Shown piece after piece: positions 49,744 through 57,132 of a stretch of DNA of 57,132 bases. The stretch is from a virus. Both the position numbers and the translations under genes were made by a program. The notes beneath the pieces were generated by a model. That model saw nothing but the letters and a program-made list of their open reading frames with translations. It searched no databases and was not told the DNA's origin. The stretch covers positions 1-57,132 of IMG/VR virus record IMGVR_UViG_3300048917_000273. The stretch is one strand, 5' to 3'. The first letter of the stretch is position 1. Every line of letters starts with the position of its first letter.

Positions 49744-50597
49744 GGAGTCGGAGTCGGCGCCGGGCTCGGCGTCGGGATGCAGGCTACCGCCTGCGTGCGA
49801 TGGAACGTGCCGAACTGCGAGTCGGCGACAGAGAGCCAGACGGTCGTCGCGGTATAGCCGTCAGGGCACGTCGGCCCCGGCGGCCCGGTTGCGCCGTCGG
49901 TCCCGTCCTTGCCGTTCGTCCCGTTCATGCCATCCTTGCCAGCCGGGCCCTGGCATTCGTTGTTCACGGTGCAGTAGTCCTGCACGGCCTCACCCACCTG
50001 GGCATCCGTGGCGTTCTGCCCATCGGTCCCGTTCGTGCCGTTCATCCCGGCCGTGCCGTCGACGCCGTTCGCACCGTTCGCGCCCGCGGCCCCAGTCTTG
50101 CCGGTGTCACCGCGGCAGAAGTTCAGCCCAGCGCAGTACCCGGCGACGGCATCCGCCACCTGATTGTCGGTGGCGTTCGCGCCCGGCGTGCCTGTCGCGC
50201 CGGTCGGACCCACTGGTCCTGCCTGCCCGTTCTGACCCGCCGGACCCGGCACGATGTCGGACGGGTTCGATCCATTCGGCTTCTCGCCCAGCTGGATCAG
50301 CTGGTCGTACAGCGTCTTCGCGTTGTCGTTCGATGCGGATATCTCATCCGACAGCTTCGAGATCGTGTGGTTCTGCTCGGAGATGCGCGCGGCCAGCGTG
50401 TTGTTCCGCGACAGCGTGCTGTAGATGAACCAGATGCACACCGCGAGCAGCGCAAGGATCGCGAGCGCGGAGACGATGAAGAGCGCCGTCTGTCGACGCG
50501 GAGCCTCAGGCGGCGGCGTCACCAGCATCGCGCCAGGCGAGACGTCCTGCACAATCGGCGTCGGCCCCGTCGCTGTGGGTTCGCTGTCCATCGTCAT
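49740..50597 (-). CDS. membrane-anchored collagen-like (G-X-Y) repeat protein
   Basis: ORF 49740..50675 frame, from ATG 50597 (GGGAGG SD, ATGA overlap). N-terminal TM segment ALFIVSALAILALLAVCIWFIY. Three G-X-Y runs are separated by repeated NATDxQVxxAVxxYC modules. Confidence 0.8.
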   Translation of the reverse strand: MTMDSEPTATGPTPIVQDVSPGAMLVTPPPEAPRRQTALFIVSALAILALLAVCIWFIYSTLSRNNTLAARISEQNHTISKLSDEISASNDNAKTLYDQLIQLGEKPNGSNPSDIVPGPAGQNGQAGPVGPTGATGTPGANATDNQVADAVAGYCAGLNFCRGDTGKTGAAGANGANGVDGTAGMNGTNGTDGQNATDAQVGEAVQDYCTVNNECQGPAGKDGMNGTNGKDGTDGATGPPGPTCPDGYTATTVWLSVADSQFGTFHRTQAVACIPTPSPAPTPTP

Positions 50598-50965
50598 CCT
50601 CCCGTGATCCCCAGATGCGCAAATACGTACCCCGCGATGATCGCGATGACGGGCGCGAGCGCGATGCTCAGCCACTGCCAGGACGTCTGCCGCCTAATCT
50701 TCTCGCGTTCGCGTGCCTCATGGATAGTCGCATCAGACGCCTTCTGCTCGGCGGCCAGGCGAGCGCTGACCTCCGACGTCAGGCTCGTCTTCAGTTCGCC
50801 GATCTCCCGACCCTGGCTCTGGATCATCCCGTCGACCCGTCGCTGCTCATCCCGGAACGACTCGCGCGTCACGAGATTGTCCAGCCTGGCATTGAACTCC
50901 GTCCGCATGGAGGCAAAGTCTTCACGCAGGATCTGGAACTGCTGCGAGGACATCTCGTCCGCCAT
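50594..50965 (-). CDS. coiled-coil protein with C-terminal transmembrane helix (lysis-associated)
   Basis: ORF track, 123 aa. TM segment WQWLSIALAPVIAIIAGYVFAHL. GAGGGGGTGA SD. Confidence 0.7.
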   Translation of the reverse strand: MADEMSSQQFQILREDFASMRTEFNARLDNLVTRESFRDEQRRVDGMIQSQGREIGELKTSLTSEVSARLAAEQKASDATIHEAREREKIRRQTSWQWLSIALAPVIAIIAGYVFAHLGITGG

Positions 50966-50983
50966 GGGTCACCCCCTCACACG

Positions 50984-51016
50984 CCTCGGGCGCGGGATAC
51001 GATTCCGCGCCCGAGG
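50984..51016 (-). terminator. hairpin after the LysM endolysin gene
   Basis: CCTCGGGCGCGG, a 9-nt loop, then CCGCGCCCGAGG (12-bp stem). Confidence 0.5.
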
Positions 51017-51037
51017 TCCGGCCGTCAAGCCTGTTGA

Positions 51038-51856
51038 CTACAGCTTGATCTTCTGGCCAGGGTGGATGAGGTCCGGGTTCTTGATCCCGTTCTTCTTGAC
51101 CAGCGCCGCGACGGTGGTGCCGAACCGGGATGCGATCCCCGACAGGGTGTCGCCACTCTTGACGGTGTACGTCTTCGTCGGCGACTTCGGGGGTGCCGAC
51201 GTCGTCGAGCCGGAGAGCTTCAACACCTGGCCCGGATGGATCAGGTCCGGGTTCGAGATGCCGTTGGCAGCGACGAGCTTCGCGACGGTGGTGCCATAGC
51301 GCGAGGCGATCCCGCTCAGGGTGTCACCGCTCTTCACGGTGTAGGTGCCGGACGCCACGGGCTTCGCGGCAGGCTTGCTCGGAGCGGGCTTGCTCGGCGC
51401 CGGGGTGGACGAGCCACCCCACAGCGCCTTGCGGATCTCGATCGCGCGCTCGTCGTTGCGCCGATAGTTCGAGCCGGTCGGGTCGAACGAGTTCTGGACT
51501 GCCTGCGCGGCACCCCAGTTCGTCATCGCCTTCCAGTTCTTCTGGCGGAGCGCGTCGATGAACTTGTCGGTCGAGACCTCGACGTTCATGAGGTCGGGCA
51601 CGGTGCCCCACCACTGCGGCTGCTGCTGGAACAGGCCGACGGATGCGTGGTCCGAGCCGACCTTGTCGTGCGGCAGGTCGAGGCTCTGCTGGTTGTGCGC
51701 GTTCGCGTACATGTAGCCGTTGCTCTCGGTGAGCACGGTCTCGACGGCGATGTCGCCCATGCGGCGAGCCTCGTCGTTGTCGCCGAAGCGGCTCTTGATC
51801 CGGTTGAGAACCCTCTGGATGTTCCCCTGCTGCTTTGCGTCCAGCCCTGCGGTCAT
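51038..51856 (-). CDS. endolysin: lysozyme-like N-terminal domain plus two C-terminal LysM repeats
   Basis: ORF 51038..51883 frame, from ATG 51856 with an AGGAGA SD. The LysM unit [15 protein letters not shown](Y/F)GTTVA..NG(I)[10 protein letters not shown] occurs twice. N-terminal motif [13 protein letters not shown]. Confidence 0.85.
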   Translation of the reverse strand: MTAGLDAKQQGNIQRVLNRIKSRFGDNDEARRMGDIAVETVLTESNGYMYANAHNQQSLDLPHDKVGSDHASVGLFQQQPQWWGTVPDLMNVEVSTDKFIDALRQKNWKAMTNWGAAQAVQNSFDPTGSNYRRNDERAIEIRKALWGGSSTPAPSKPAPSKPAAKPVASGTYTVKSGDTLSGIASRYGTTVAKLVAANGISNPDLIHPGQVLKLSGSTTSAPPKSPTKTYTVKSGDTLSGIASRFGTTVAALVKKNGIKNPDLIHPGQKIKL

Positions 51857-51915
51857 GCGCGTGTCTCCTATCGACGTAGCCAAGGTTACCGTGGAGAGTG
51901 CGAGAGGTAGGGCAC

Positions 51916-52758
51916 TCAGGTGTGTGCGCCGCGGAAGACCGCGTTGGTCACCTTGAGGTTCACGCCGACGGCTGTCGCGCGGAAACGCAGGCGCTGGTTG
52001 GAATCGAGGGCGATGGGCGGCACCACGACCTGGCCCATCCAGTTGCCCGACGTGAAGCCGATCTCGGTCGTTCCGAGACTCACCGACTTGGTCGGGTTGA
52101 GGTTGCTGTCGACCGTGTCAACGTACGGCGCGATGTTCAGCGACGCGCCCGCCGGATCCTTGACGTCACCGGTCGGCTCGACGTTGATGTAGAGCGCGCC
52201 CCACACTGTGCCGATCTTCCCCACAGCGACCGACTGGTCGTGCTCGGGGTAGTTGATGTAGACGACGGTCTCCTTGTCGGTGATCGTCTGACCCGCCTTG
52301 AAGGGCTTGTAGATATTCTGCACTTCGTCATCCCCTCCCGAGGAACTCTGGACTGTGATGTCGGACCCCATGATCCAGTCGGACCAGAAGAGGTAGTCGC
52401 GATCGGTGAGCGACTTGCGTCCCGCGATCGAGGTCTTGCCGACCTGGCCCCACGTCGGCTGGTCCGTCGCCGCATGGCTGCTCGAGTCAGGCCCGGCAAT
52501 GAAGACGTCACCATCCATGTTCCCGTCGCTGTGACGGCGGCCGAGCCAGATCGCCGCACCGTACGGCGGGTTCTCGTCGTAGTGGCGGCGCGACGCCGGG
52601 ACCGCCATGGCGGCCGCGTAGGCCGTGGCGTAGGTGCCGACGTAGTCCGCGCCCGCCGCCTCGTATGCGTTCGAGCAGTAGTACAGGCACGACCCGGGAT
52701 GCTGCAGCGGGTCATACGTCTGCAGGGTGCTCCACGCCTTCTTTCCGTCAGCGCTCAT
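51916..52758 (-). CDS. putative cysteine peptidase/amidase-like cell-wall hydrolase with beta-rich C-terminal domain
   Basis: ORF 51916..52773 frame, from ATG 52758 (GGTGGAG SD). [32 protein letters not shown] looks like an NlpC/P60-CHAP Cys..His pair. The function is tentative. Confidence 0.6.
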   Translation of the reverse strand: MSADGKKAWSTLQTYDPLQHPGSCLYYCSNAYEAAGADYVGTYATAYAAAMAVPASRRHYDENPPYGAAIWLGRRHSDGNMDGDVFIAGPDSSSHAATDQPTWGQVGKTSIAGRKSLTDRDYLFWSDWIMGSDITVQSSSGGDDEVQNIYKPFKAGQTITDKETVVYINYPEHDQSVAVGKIGTVWGALYINVEPTGDVKDPAGASLNIAPYVDTVDSNLNPTKSVSLGTTEIGFTSGNWMGQVVVPPIALDSNQRLRFRATAVGVNLKVTNAVFRGAHT

Positions 52759-52762
52759 GGCG

Positions 52763-52939
52763 TCATTCTCCACCCATCAGGAGCGGTTCGCCGGGAACCA
52801 GGCGCCCCACCATGTCCCGGCGGTAGTGCACCTGTACCTGCTCGCCGGTCGCCTGGTCGATGTCGATGATCACGACGCCGTCCGGATCACCGTCAACGAC
52901 GGTGCCGTCGGCGGGGCCGCCATGCAGTGTGGCGCTCAC
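52763..52939 (-). CDS. small hypothetical protein (58 aa)
   Basis: Hand translation from GTG 52939 (VSATLHGGPADGTVVDGDPDGVVIIDIDQATGEQVQVHYRRDMVGRLVPGEPLLMGGE). GTGA overlap upstream. GC3-rich. Confidence 0.45.
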   Translation of the reverse strand: MSATLHGGPADGTVVDGDPDGVVIIDIDQATGEQVQVHYRRDMVGRLVPGEPLLMGGE

Positions 52940-53253
52940 GCCGCGTCACCCTCGGCGGGTGATTCTTCAGCAGCGGCGGCTGCAGCGGCCACGGCCTCGG
53001 TGGCCACGATGGACTGCACGGCGGAGAGGATCGCGCCGTCCGAGATGACCGCCTCGTCCGAGCCGGGGTCCGTCTTGCCTGCCGCGCGCGCCGACGCCCA
53101 GTTGTCGCCCCACCCGGGCTGGGAGGCAAGCTCCCACGAGTGGTCCGCGACCCACTGATTCGGCTCCGGGATCTTCTGCTCCCACGCGCACGCAAGCTCG
53201 CGCTGCATCAGGCTCCCGCTCGAGGCCATCTGCGAGATATCCATGTACGCCAT
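52936..53253 (-). CDS. hypothetical protein
   Basis: ORF track, 105 aa. Confidence 0.7.
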   Translation of the reverse strand: MAYMDISQMASSGSLMQRELACAWEQKIPEPNQWVADHSWELASQPGWGDNWASARAAGKTDPGSDEAVISDGAILSAVQSIVATEAVAAAAAAAEESPAEGDAA

Positions 53254-53262
53254 CGTGTTCTC

Positions 53263-54189
53263 CTAGTCCACGTCGTAATCGACCGGCACCTCGAGGGTGA
53301 CCCCGCTGGCCAGCACCTGGCCCGGGAATGTCCCGGCGGTCAGGTCGAATGCACCCGCTGTGTTCGCCGTCCCGCGCACGCGGACCATGAACCCGGGGTA
53401 GCCCGACACCTGCGCGACGACGAACTCATCCTTGGAGTTCGACATCCGCCACCCGGTGGGCATGCGGATGAACGTCGTCTGGTCGGAGAGGTTCGCGTCC
53501 GACCCCGCCGTCAGCGCCGTCCCGGAATACTTGACCGAGACAACCCCGTGCACGCGGCCGTTCTTGTTGCGCAGGGCATAGCTGTCGATCGACCAGCCAG
53601 ACGCGGGCGTGATCGTGAGCCCGGACGTGATCAGCCCGGAGTCGTACAGCAAGACACTCTGGGTGTTCTTCGGGATGTGCGCGTAGTTCCCGACGCCATT
53701 GCGGGCGAACCAGATGGCATCGTTGGACGCCCCACTGAACGGCTCCATGCCGATGTATGTGGCATCGGTGTCCGATGTTGCAGCACCGGTCATGCGGCTG
53801 GTGGAGAAGTAAGAGCGACCCGTCGATGTCGATTCGCCGATGTGCGCACTCATCTCCTGCGCCCAAGCCGACCACGTCGCACCGTTGTCCTTCGAGTATC
53901 GGTAGTACTCGCGACCATCGGGCGTTCCGATGGCGAACCCTGTCTGCAGGATCGTGTTCCCATTGACGGTCGCCGATACTTCGACGGCCCAGTAGTTTTC
54001 ACCGACGCCAGGCTGGTTAGCGGCCATGTACCCCCAGTACCAGCCAGCCCCGGTGGCCGCGTTCCAGTCGGTGACCTTCTGGCCAACCCGCGAGAGGCGA
54101 GCCGGGACAGGGAATCGCCGCTGCTCCTGGCGCACCATCCGCGACTCGTTGTCGACAACGAGTCCCTCGAAGGACTTGTTGATCAGCAT
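53263..54189 (-). CDS. minor tail protein (possible receptor-binding component)
   Basis: ORF track, 308 aa. Beta-rich and Gly/Ser/Thr-rich, located at the distal end of the tail block. Confidence 0.7.
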   Translation of the reverse strand: MLINKSFEGLVVDNESRMVRQEQRRFPVPARLSRVGQKVTDWNAATGAGWYWGYMAANQPGVGENYWAVEVSATVNGNTILQTGFAIGTPDGREYYRYSKDNGATWSAWAQEMSAHIGESTSTGRSYFSTSRMTGAATSDTDATYIGMEPFSGASNDAIWFARNGVGNYAHIPKNTQSVLLYDSGLITSGLTITPASGWSIDSYALRNKNGRVHGVVSVKYSGTALTAGSDANLSDQTTFIRMPTGWRMSNSKDEFVVAQVSGYPGFMVRVRGTANTAGAFDLTAGTFPGQVLASGVTLEVPVDYDVD

Positions 54190-54193
54190 TTGG

Positions 54194-54640
54194 CTATGCC
54201 TGCTCCCGGAAGCTGGCCAGCCAGTAGAGCACGCCGGTCGACGGGTTCGTCAGGGCCGTGAAGGTCGCGACCAGATAGCCGGTCTTGTTCACCGTCGGCA
54301 GGGTCGACTGCATCGAGACGTACGTCTGGCCCGTGAAGGTCACCGTCGATGCCGCCGTCCGGTTGATGAAGTAGGTCATCTCCTGGCCTGCGGCGACTGG
54401 CGCCGGGAGCGTGACCGCGAGCGCGGCCGCCGTCGCCATGTCGATCTTCACGCCGGATGGCAGACCCGCCGGGGTGATGTACGTGCTCGTCACCACGCCA
54501 GGGAGGACGTAGCTGCTGTCCGCCTGAAGCTCGATGATGTACGGGTCGTTGGCGTTGCCCGTGCCCGTCAGGGCTAGACCTGCGCCGACCTGGATCGCGC
54601 ACCCGCACGAGCTACCACTGCATCCGCAGTTCCGAGGCAT
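54194..54640 (-). CDS. minor tail protein with Cys-rich N-terminus
   Basis: ORF 54194..54649 frame, from ATG 54640 (AAAGGTGGG SD). MPRNCGCSGSSCGC. Confidence 0.7.
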   Translation of the reverse strand: MPRNCGCSGSSCGCAIQVGAGLALTGTGNANDPYIIELQADSSYVLPGVVTSTYITPAGLPSGVKIDMATAAALAVTLPAPVAAGQEMTYFINRTAASTVTFTGQTYVSMQSTLPTVNKTGYLVATFTALTNPSTGVLYWLASFREQA

Positions 54641-54658
54641 GTCGCCCACCTTTCAGTT

Positions 54659-55828
54659 CTACGAGTCGTCCTCGTCATCGGAGTCCAGCGAGGATGCCGG
54701 GGAGAGTGTAACCTGGACCGTCTCGCCGGTGGAGTCCTCCGACACGGTGACCAGGTCGATCTTCTGCAGCTGCGAGACCTTCTTCACGTTCAGGGTAGCA
54801 AGCAGCGGCACGCGCACGCCGGGCACCAGGTCGTTGATCGTAAGGGTGTCACTGAGGTAGACGTTCGAGTTGTCCGGCACCCGGACCTCGAACGGCACCG
54901 GCGAGCGCCCAGCGATGTTGCGCTGCGCCTGCGAGTCGAGATCGCCGATGGTCGGCAGGGTCGCCGAGTCCGACTCGTCGTACGTCGTGAAGATCTTCGT
55001 CCACGGGCCGTAGTAGTTGTAGTTCTTCGCGGGCGACGTAGCGCGGCCGACCAGGTTATCCTCGCCGTCCGTCGGCACGAGCGCGAACTCGGCATGGTCC
55101 GAGCCGTACGACGAGCCGACGATCGTGTTGTTGAAGTCGTTGTCGACCATCGTGCGCGTCTGGCCCAGCGGACGCGACGTATCCCAGACGTGCAGCGCCC
55201 GGCCGACCACGGTGTAATCGATGCCGGAGACGCGCGCCAGCGACTGGATGTGGTCGCCCACGCTCATCTGGTACGGCTGCGTCGTCGCCGAGGTCTGCGC
55301 CTCGTTCGGGAAGTGGTGCGCCACCAGGTAGGGCAGCACGTTCACCGGCGGGTCGAGAGACTCCCATGCGGGCGTCGTGAAGTCCGGGCCGCCTGCGGGA
55401 TCCGGCATCGGGAAGCCGTGCGTCAGTTCGTACGCCATGATGTCGGCGATGCGCTGGGTGACTGTCCCAACGTTGGGATAGGCGTTCGACCACACCTTCG
55501 TCAGTGGCGTGTAGAGCAAGTACTGGAAGATGTCGTACGCCATGATCTGGAACGGGTCGTCGTCGGTGGCCCGGTTGATGGGCCCCTCCCAGACGCGGTC
55601 GTCGCCGCGGAAGATCACCAGTTCGTGGCGGTGCGGCTCGATCATCTCGAGCACGTCCGCCTGTGGTCCGCAGTCGGCACCGAGGATCGTCACCGTCGCC
55701 TGCGACACCTGGTCGCGGCCGCGGTTCCACTTCACGGATGCCAGGTTCTCAAGCTGGCGGATGCGCTTGCGGCCGCCGCGGTCGTAGATGTAGGCGGTGT
55801 GCGTCGTCACGCAGGAGCTATCGCTCAC
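54659..55828 (-). CDS. minor tail protein
   Basis: ORF 54659..55936 frame. GTG at 55828 with a GGGAGG SD and a GTGA overlap with the fibre gene stop. Confidence 0.7.
   Translation of the reverse strand: MSDSSCVTTHTAYIYDRGGRKRIRQLENLASVKWNRGRDQVSQATVTILGADCGPQADVLEMIEPHRHELVIFRGDDRVWEGPINRATDDDPFQIMAYDIFQYLLYTPLTKVWSNAYPNVGTVTQRIADIMAYELTHGFPMPDPAGGPDFTTPAWESLDPPVNVLPYLVAHHFPNEAQTSATTQPYQMSVGDHIQSLARVSGIDYTVVGRALHVWDTSRPLGQTRTMVDNDFNNTIVGSSYGSDHAEFALVPTDGEDNLVGRATSPAKNYNYYGPWTKIFTTYDESDSATLPTIGDLDSQAQRNIAGRSPVPFEVRVPDNSNVYLSDTLTINDLVPGVRVPLLATLNVKKVSQLQKIDLVTVSEDSTGETVQVTLSPASSLDSDDEDDS
55464..55479. repeat. 16-bp palindrome copy (one terminal mismatch)
   Basis: GTCCCAACGTTGGGAT. Coding on the minus strand, read as YPNVGT. 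Confidence 0.7.
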
Positions 55829-57132
55829 TGATACCTCCCGACGAGTTCGACGGCGATGTCCACGTTGTTCGGAGCCTCGGTCGACGGGGTGTCGACGACG
55901 ACGAAGTACGAGATGCCGCACGTCAGCACCGGCCACGTCGGCGGCGCGTCGTCCGATCCGTAGAGCAGGTGCGATGCTGTCGTCGCCGCGCCACCAGAAA
56001 CCTCAGCCCATGCGCCGCCGGATACGCCGTCGATGGTCAGGGTCGAGTTCGCCGGGATGTACGAGATCACCTGGTCAGAGCACCAGTCGTCACCGTCGAT
56101 CTGGTCGAACGTGCGATTGAACGGGTTTGCGTAGAAGCGCACGCGCACCTGGCGCTCGGCCTGGTCGCCGGTGGTCAGCACGACGATCGGCACCGAGTCG
56201 AAGAACTCGGCCACCTGGCCCGTCTTGATCACACCCCAGTAGCGCTGCCACTCGATGATCGTGTCGATGCACGCGTCATCGATGACCGGCGGCCGCGGCG
56301 GCGTCGGCGGCGGCGGGCAGTCGGGATCTGCGAGCGGGTCCACCACCGCGGTGTTCACCATGCGGATCGACTGCGACGCGTTCGTCGTGTCCAGCCACGA
56401 GTAGAGGTAGCTCGCGTCGTTCGGCGTGCTGCCATCGAAGTAGGGGTACAGCGTCGTCAGGGTGATCGCGATGCCGTCGGCGAGGATGGTGTCACCACCG
56501 ACCCAGATCGACCAGCCCGTCGAGCCAGGGGCATCCATTGCCGACACGCGCCCGTGCACGGCGCCGATCGGCGCGGTGCCGGTGGCGATGAGGCGTGTCG
56601 GGGAGTCGGTGGTCACAGCGACGACGTCGCCCAGGGAGCGCCCGACCTCGACGCCCGCGGCATCCGACCAGACGAGCACCGCGCGCATCGGCTGAGGGCG
56701 CGACGGCTGGACGTGGATGGATCCCCAGTACGTCGCGCCGCCGACGACATCGGCCAGCGTCGCGAGATCGATCGTCATGCCGAACTCGTACCCTGCGCTC
56801 GCTGGGTTCTGATCGGAGATCACGGTGTAGAGCACCGAGTAGTTCCCGAACATGCCGCCCGTGCTGCGCTGGCACGCGACGTTGCCACCGAGGTCTGTCA
56901 GGGCGGCCCACCCGGTGGGAACCCATCCCCGTGCGACCGACTTGGACTTGTTCACCGTGCCGGTCCACTGGTAGTCGATGTCTGCCGAGTCCGCGGTCGC
57001 GCCGTCGAAGTAGTCACCCGGCGACGTGTTCGGATTCGGCTGCTTCAGTGTCACCCACGCCGACCAGTCGGTCTGCTGCGCGTTGGCGTAGATCGCCGAG
57101 GCGCGCCAGCGGTACGTCGCACCCGGCGTCAG
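55825..57132 (-). CDS. C-terminal part of the 811-aa FN3 fibre gene (same gene as 1..1252; 57006..57132 duplicates 1..127)
   Basis: ORF 55825..57054 is in phase with the open frame at 1..1252 once the overlap is collapsed. The YFDG..Y.W.GT..S.S motif occurs twice. There is a PPPPTPPRPP linker. Confidence 0.85.
   Translation of the reverse strand: MTPGATYRWRASAIYANAQQTDWSAWVTLKQPNPNTSPGDYFDGATADSADIDYQWTGTVNKSKSVARGWVPTGWAALTDLGGNVACQRSTGGMFGNYSVLYTVISDQNPASAGYEFGMTIDLATLADVVGGATYWGSIHVQPSRPQPMRAVLVWSDAAGVEVGRSLGDVVAVTTDSPTRLIATGTAPIGAVHGRVSAMDAPGSTGWSIWVGGDTILADGIAITLTTLYPYFDGSTPNDASYLYSWLDTTNASQSIRMVNTAVVDPLADPDCPPPPTPPRPPVIDDACIDTIIEWQRYWGVIKTGQVAEFFDSVPIVVLTTGDQAERQVRVRFYANPFNRTFDQIDGDDWCSDQVISYIPANSTLTIDGVSGGAWAEVSGGAATTASHLLYGSDDAPPTWPVLTCGISYFVVVDTPSTEAPNNVDIAVELVGRYQ
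57006..57132. repeat. terminal direct repeat identical to 1..127
   Basis: Read directly. Confidence 0.95.

Noticed and set aside
51041-51349. About 135-bp imperfect direct DNA repeat (51041-51175 and 51215-51349)
   Set aside because: It is explained by the two LysM domains of the endolysin and is not a mobile or regulatory repeat. Similarly, the repeats in 49900-50250 are the collagen G-X-Y and NATD modules.
52111-52121. Minus-strand TTGACACGGTC identical to the extended -35 of the PR promoters
   Set aside because: It lies inside the coding sequence of 51916..52758 and has no CTAGG inverted repeat and no -10 at the right spacing. It is likely chance.
57006-57132. 127-bp terminal repeat as a genuine phage direct terminal repeat
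   Set aside because: It bisects an uninterrupted 811-codon fibre gene in phase, and its length matches a typical assembler k-mer overlap. It is better explained as circular-contig redundancy.

Overview
This window is a complete, circularly closed genome of a high-GC, siphovirus-like actinobacteriophage. The unit length is 57,005 bp, because bases 1-127 recur at 57006-57132 as an assembly overlap.

Late arm (minus strand): it runs 24704 -> 1 and continues across the contig junction 57005 -> 49234. It encodes:
- small DNA-binding proteins
- terminase small and large subunits
- portal
- a 1070-aa polyprotein joining MuF, 2H-phosphoesterase-like and prohead-protease domains
- major capsid and head-tail connectors
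- a major-tail-like protein
- tail chaperones joined by a -1 frameshift
- tape measure
- minor tail and fibre proteins, including an 811-aa FN3 fibre gene that spans the junction
- a lysis cassette

Early/middle arm (plus strand): it runs 26040 -> 49155 and holds about 60 mostly small ORFs. Recognisable products are:
- a DUF932-like protein
- a replication-initiator-like protein
- a DnaB-type helicase
- SSB
- a resolvase-like nuclease
- a YqaJ-type exonuclease plus RecT
- HNH nucleases
- several ribbon-helix-helix proteins

The arms diverge from a ~2.2-kb control region (24705-26895). That region contains a stand-alone leftward gene with its own promoter and terminator. The arms converge on a bidirectional terminator at 49187-49219. 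I recognised no integrase, partition system, tRNA or CRISPR array.

Most notable structure beyond ordinary genes:
1. At least 19 copies of a 16-bp palindrome, GTCCCA-N4-TGGGAC. They are concentrated at early gene junctions, and coding copies are almost always read in one frame (R-P-N-x-G-T).
2. Five 14-bp iterons, GGTCAATGAAGATC.
3. A family of four near-identical TTGACA promoters, each with a CTAGG/CCTAG inverted repeat around the -10.
4. An HNH cassette that split off and recoded the ssb 5' end.
5. A 2H-phosphoesterase-like domain buried in the head-morphogenesis polyprotein.
6. A membrane-anchored collagen-repeat protein inside the lysis cassette.

All calls rest on reading the sequence and the ORF track by eye. 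No database search was run.
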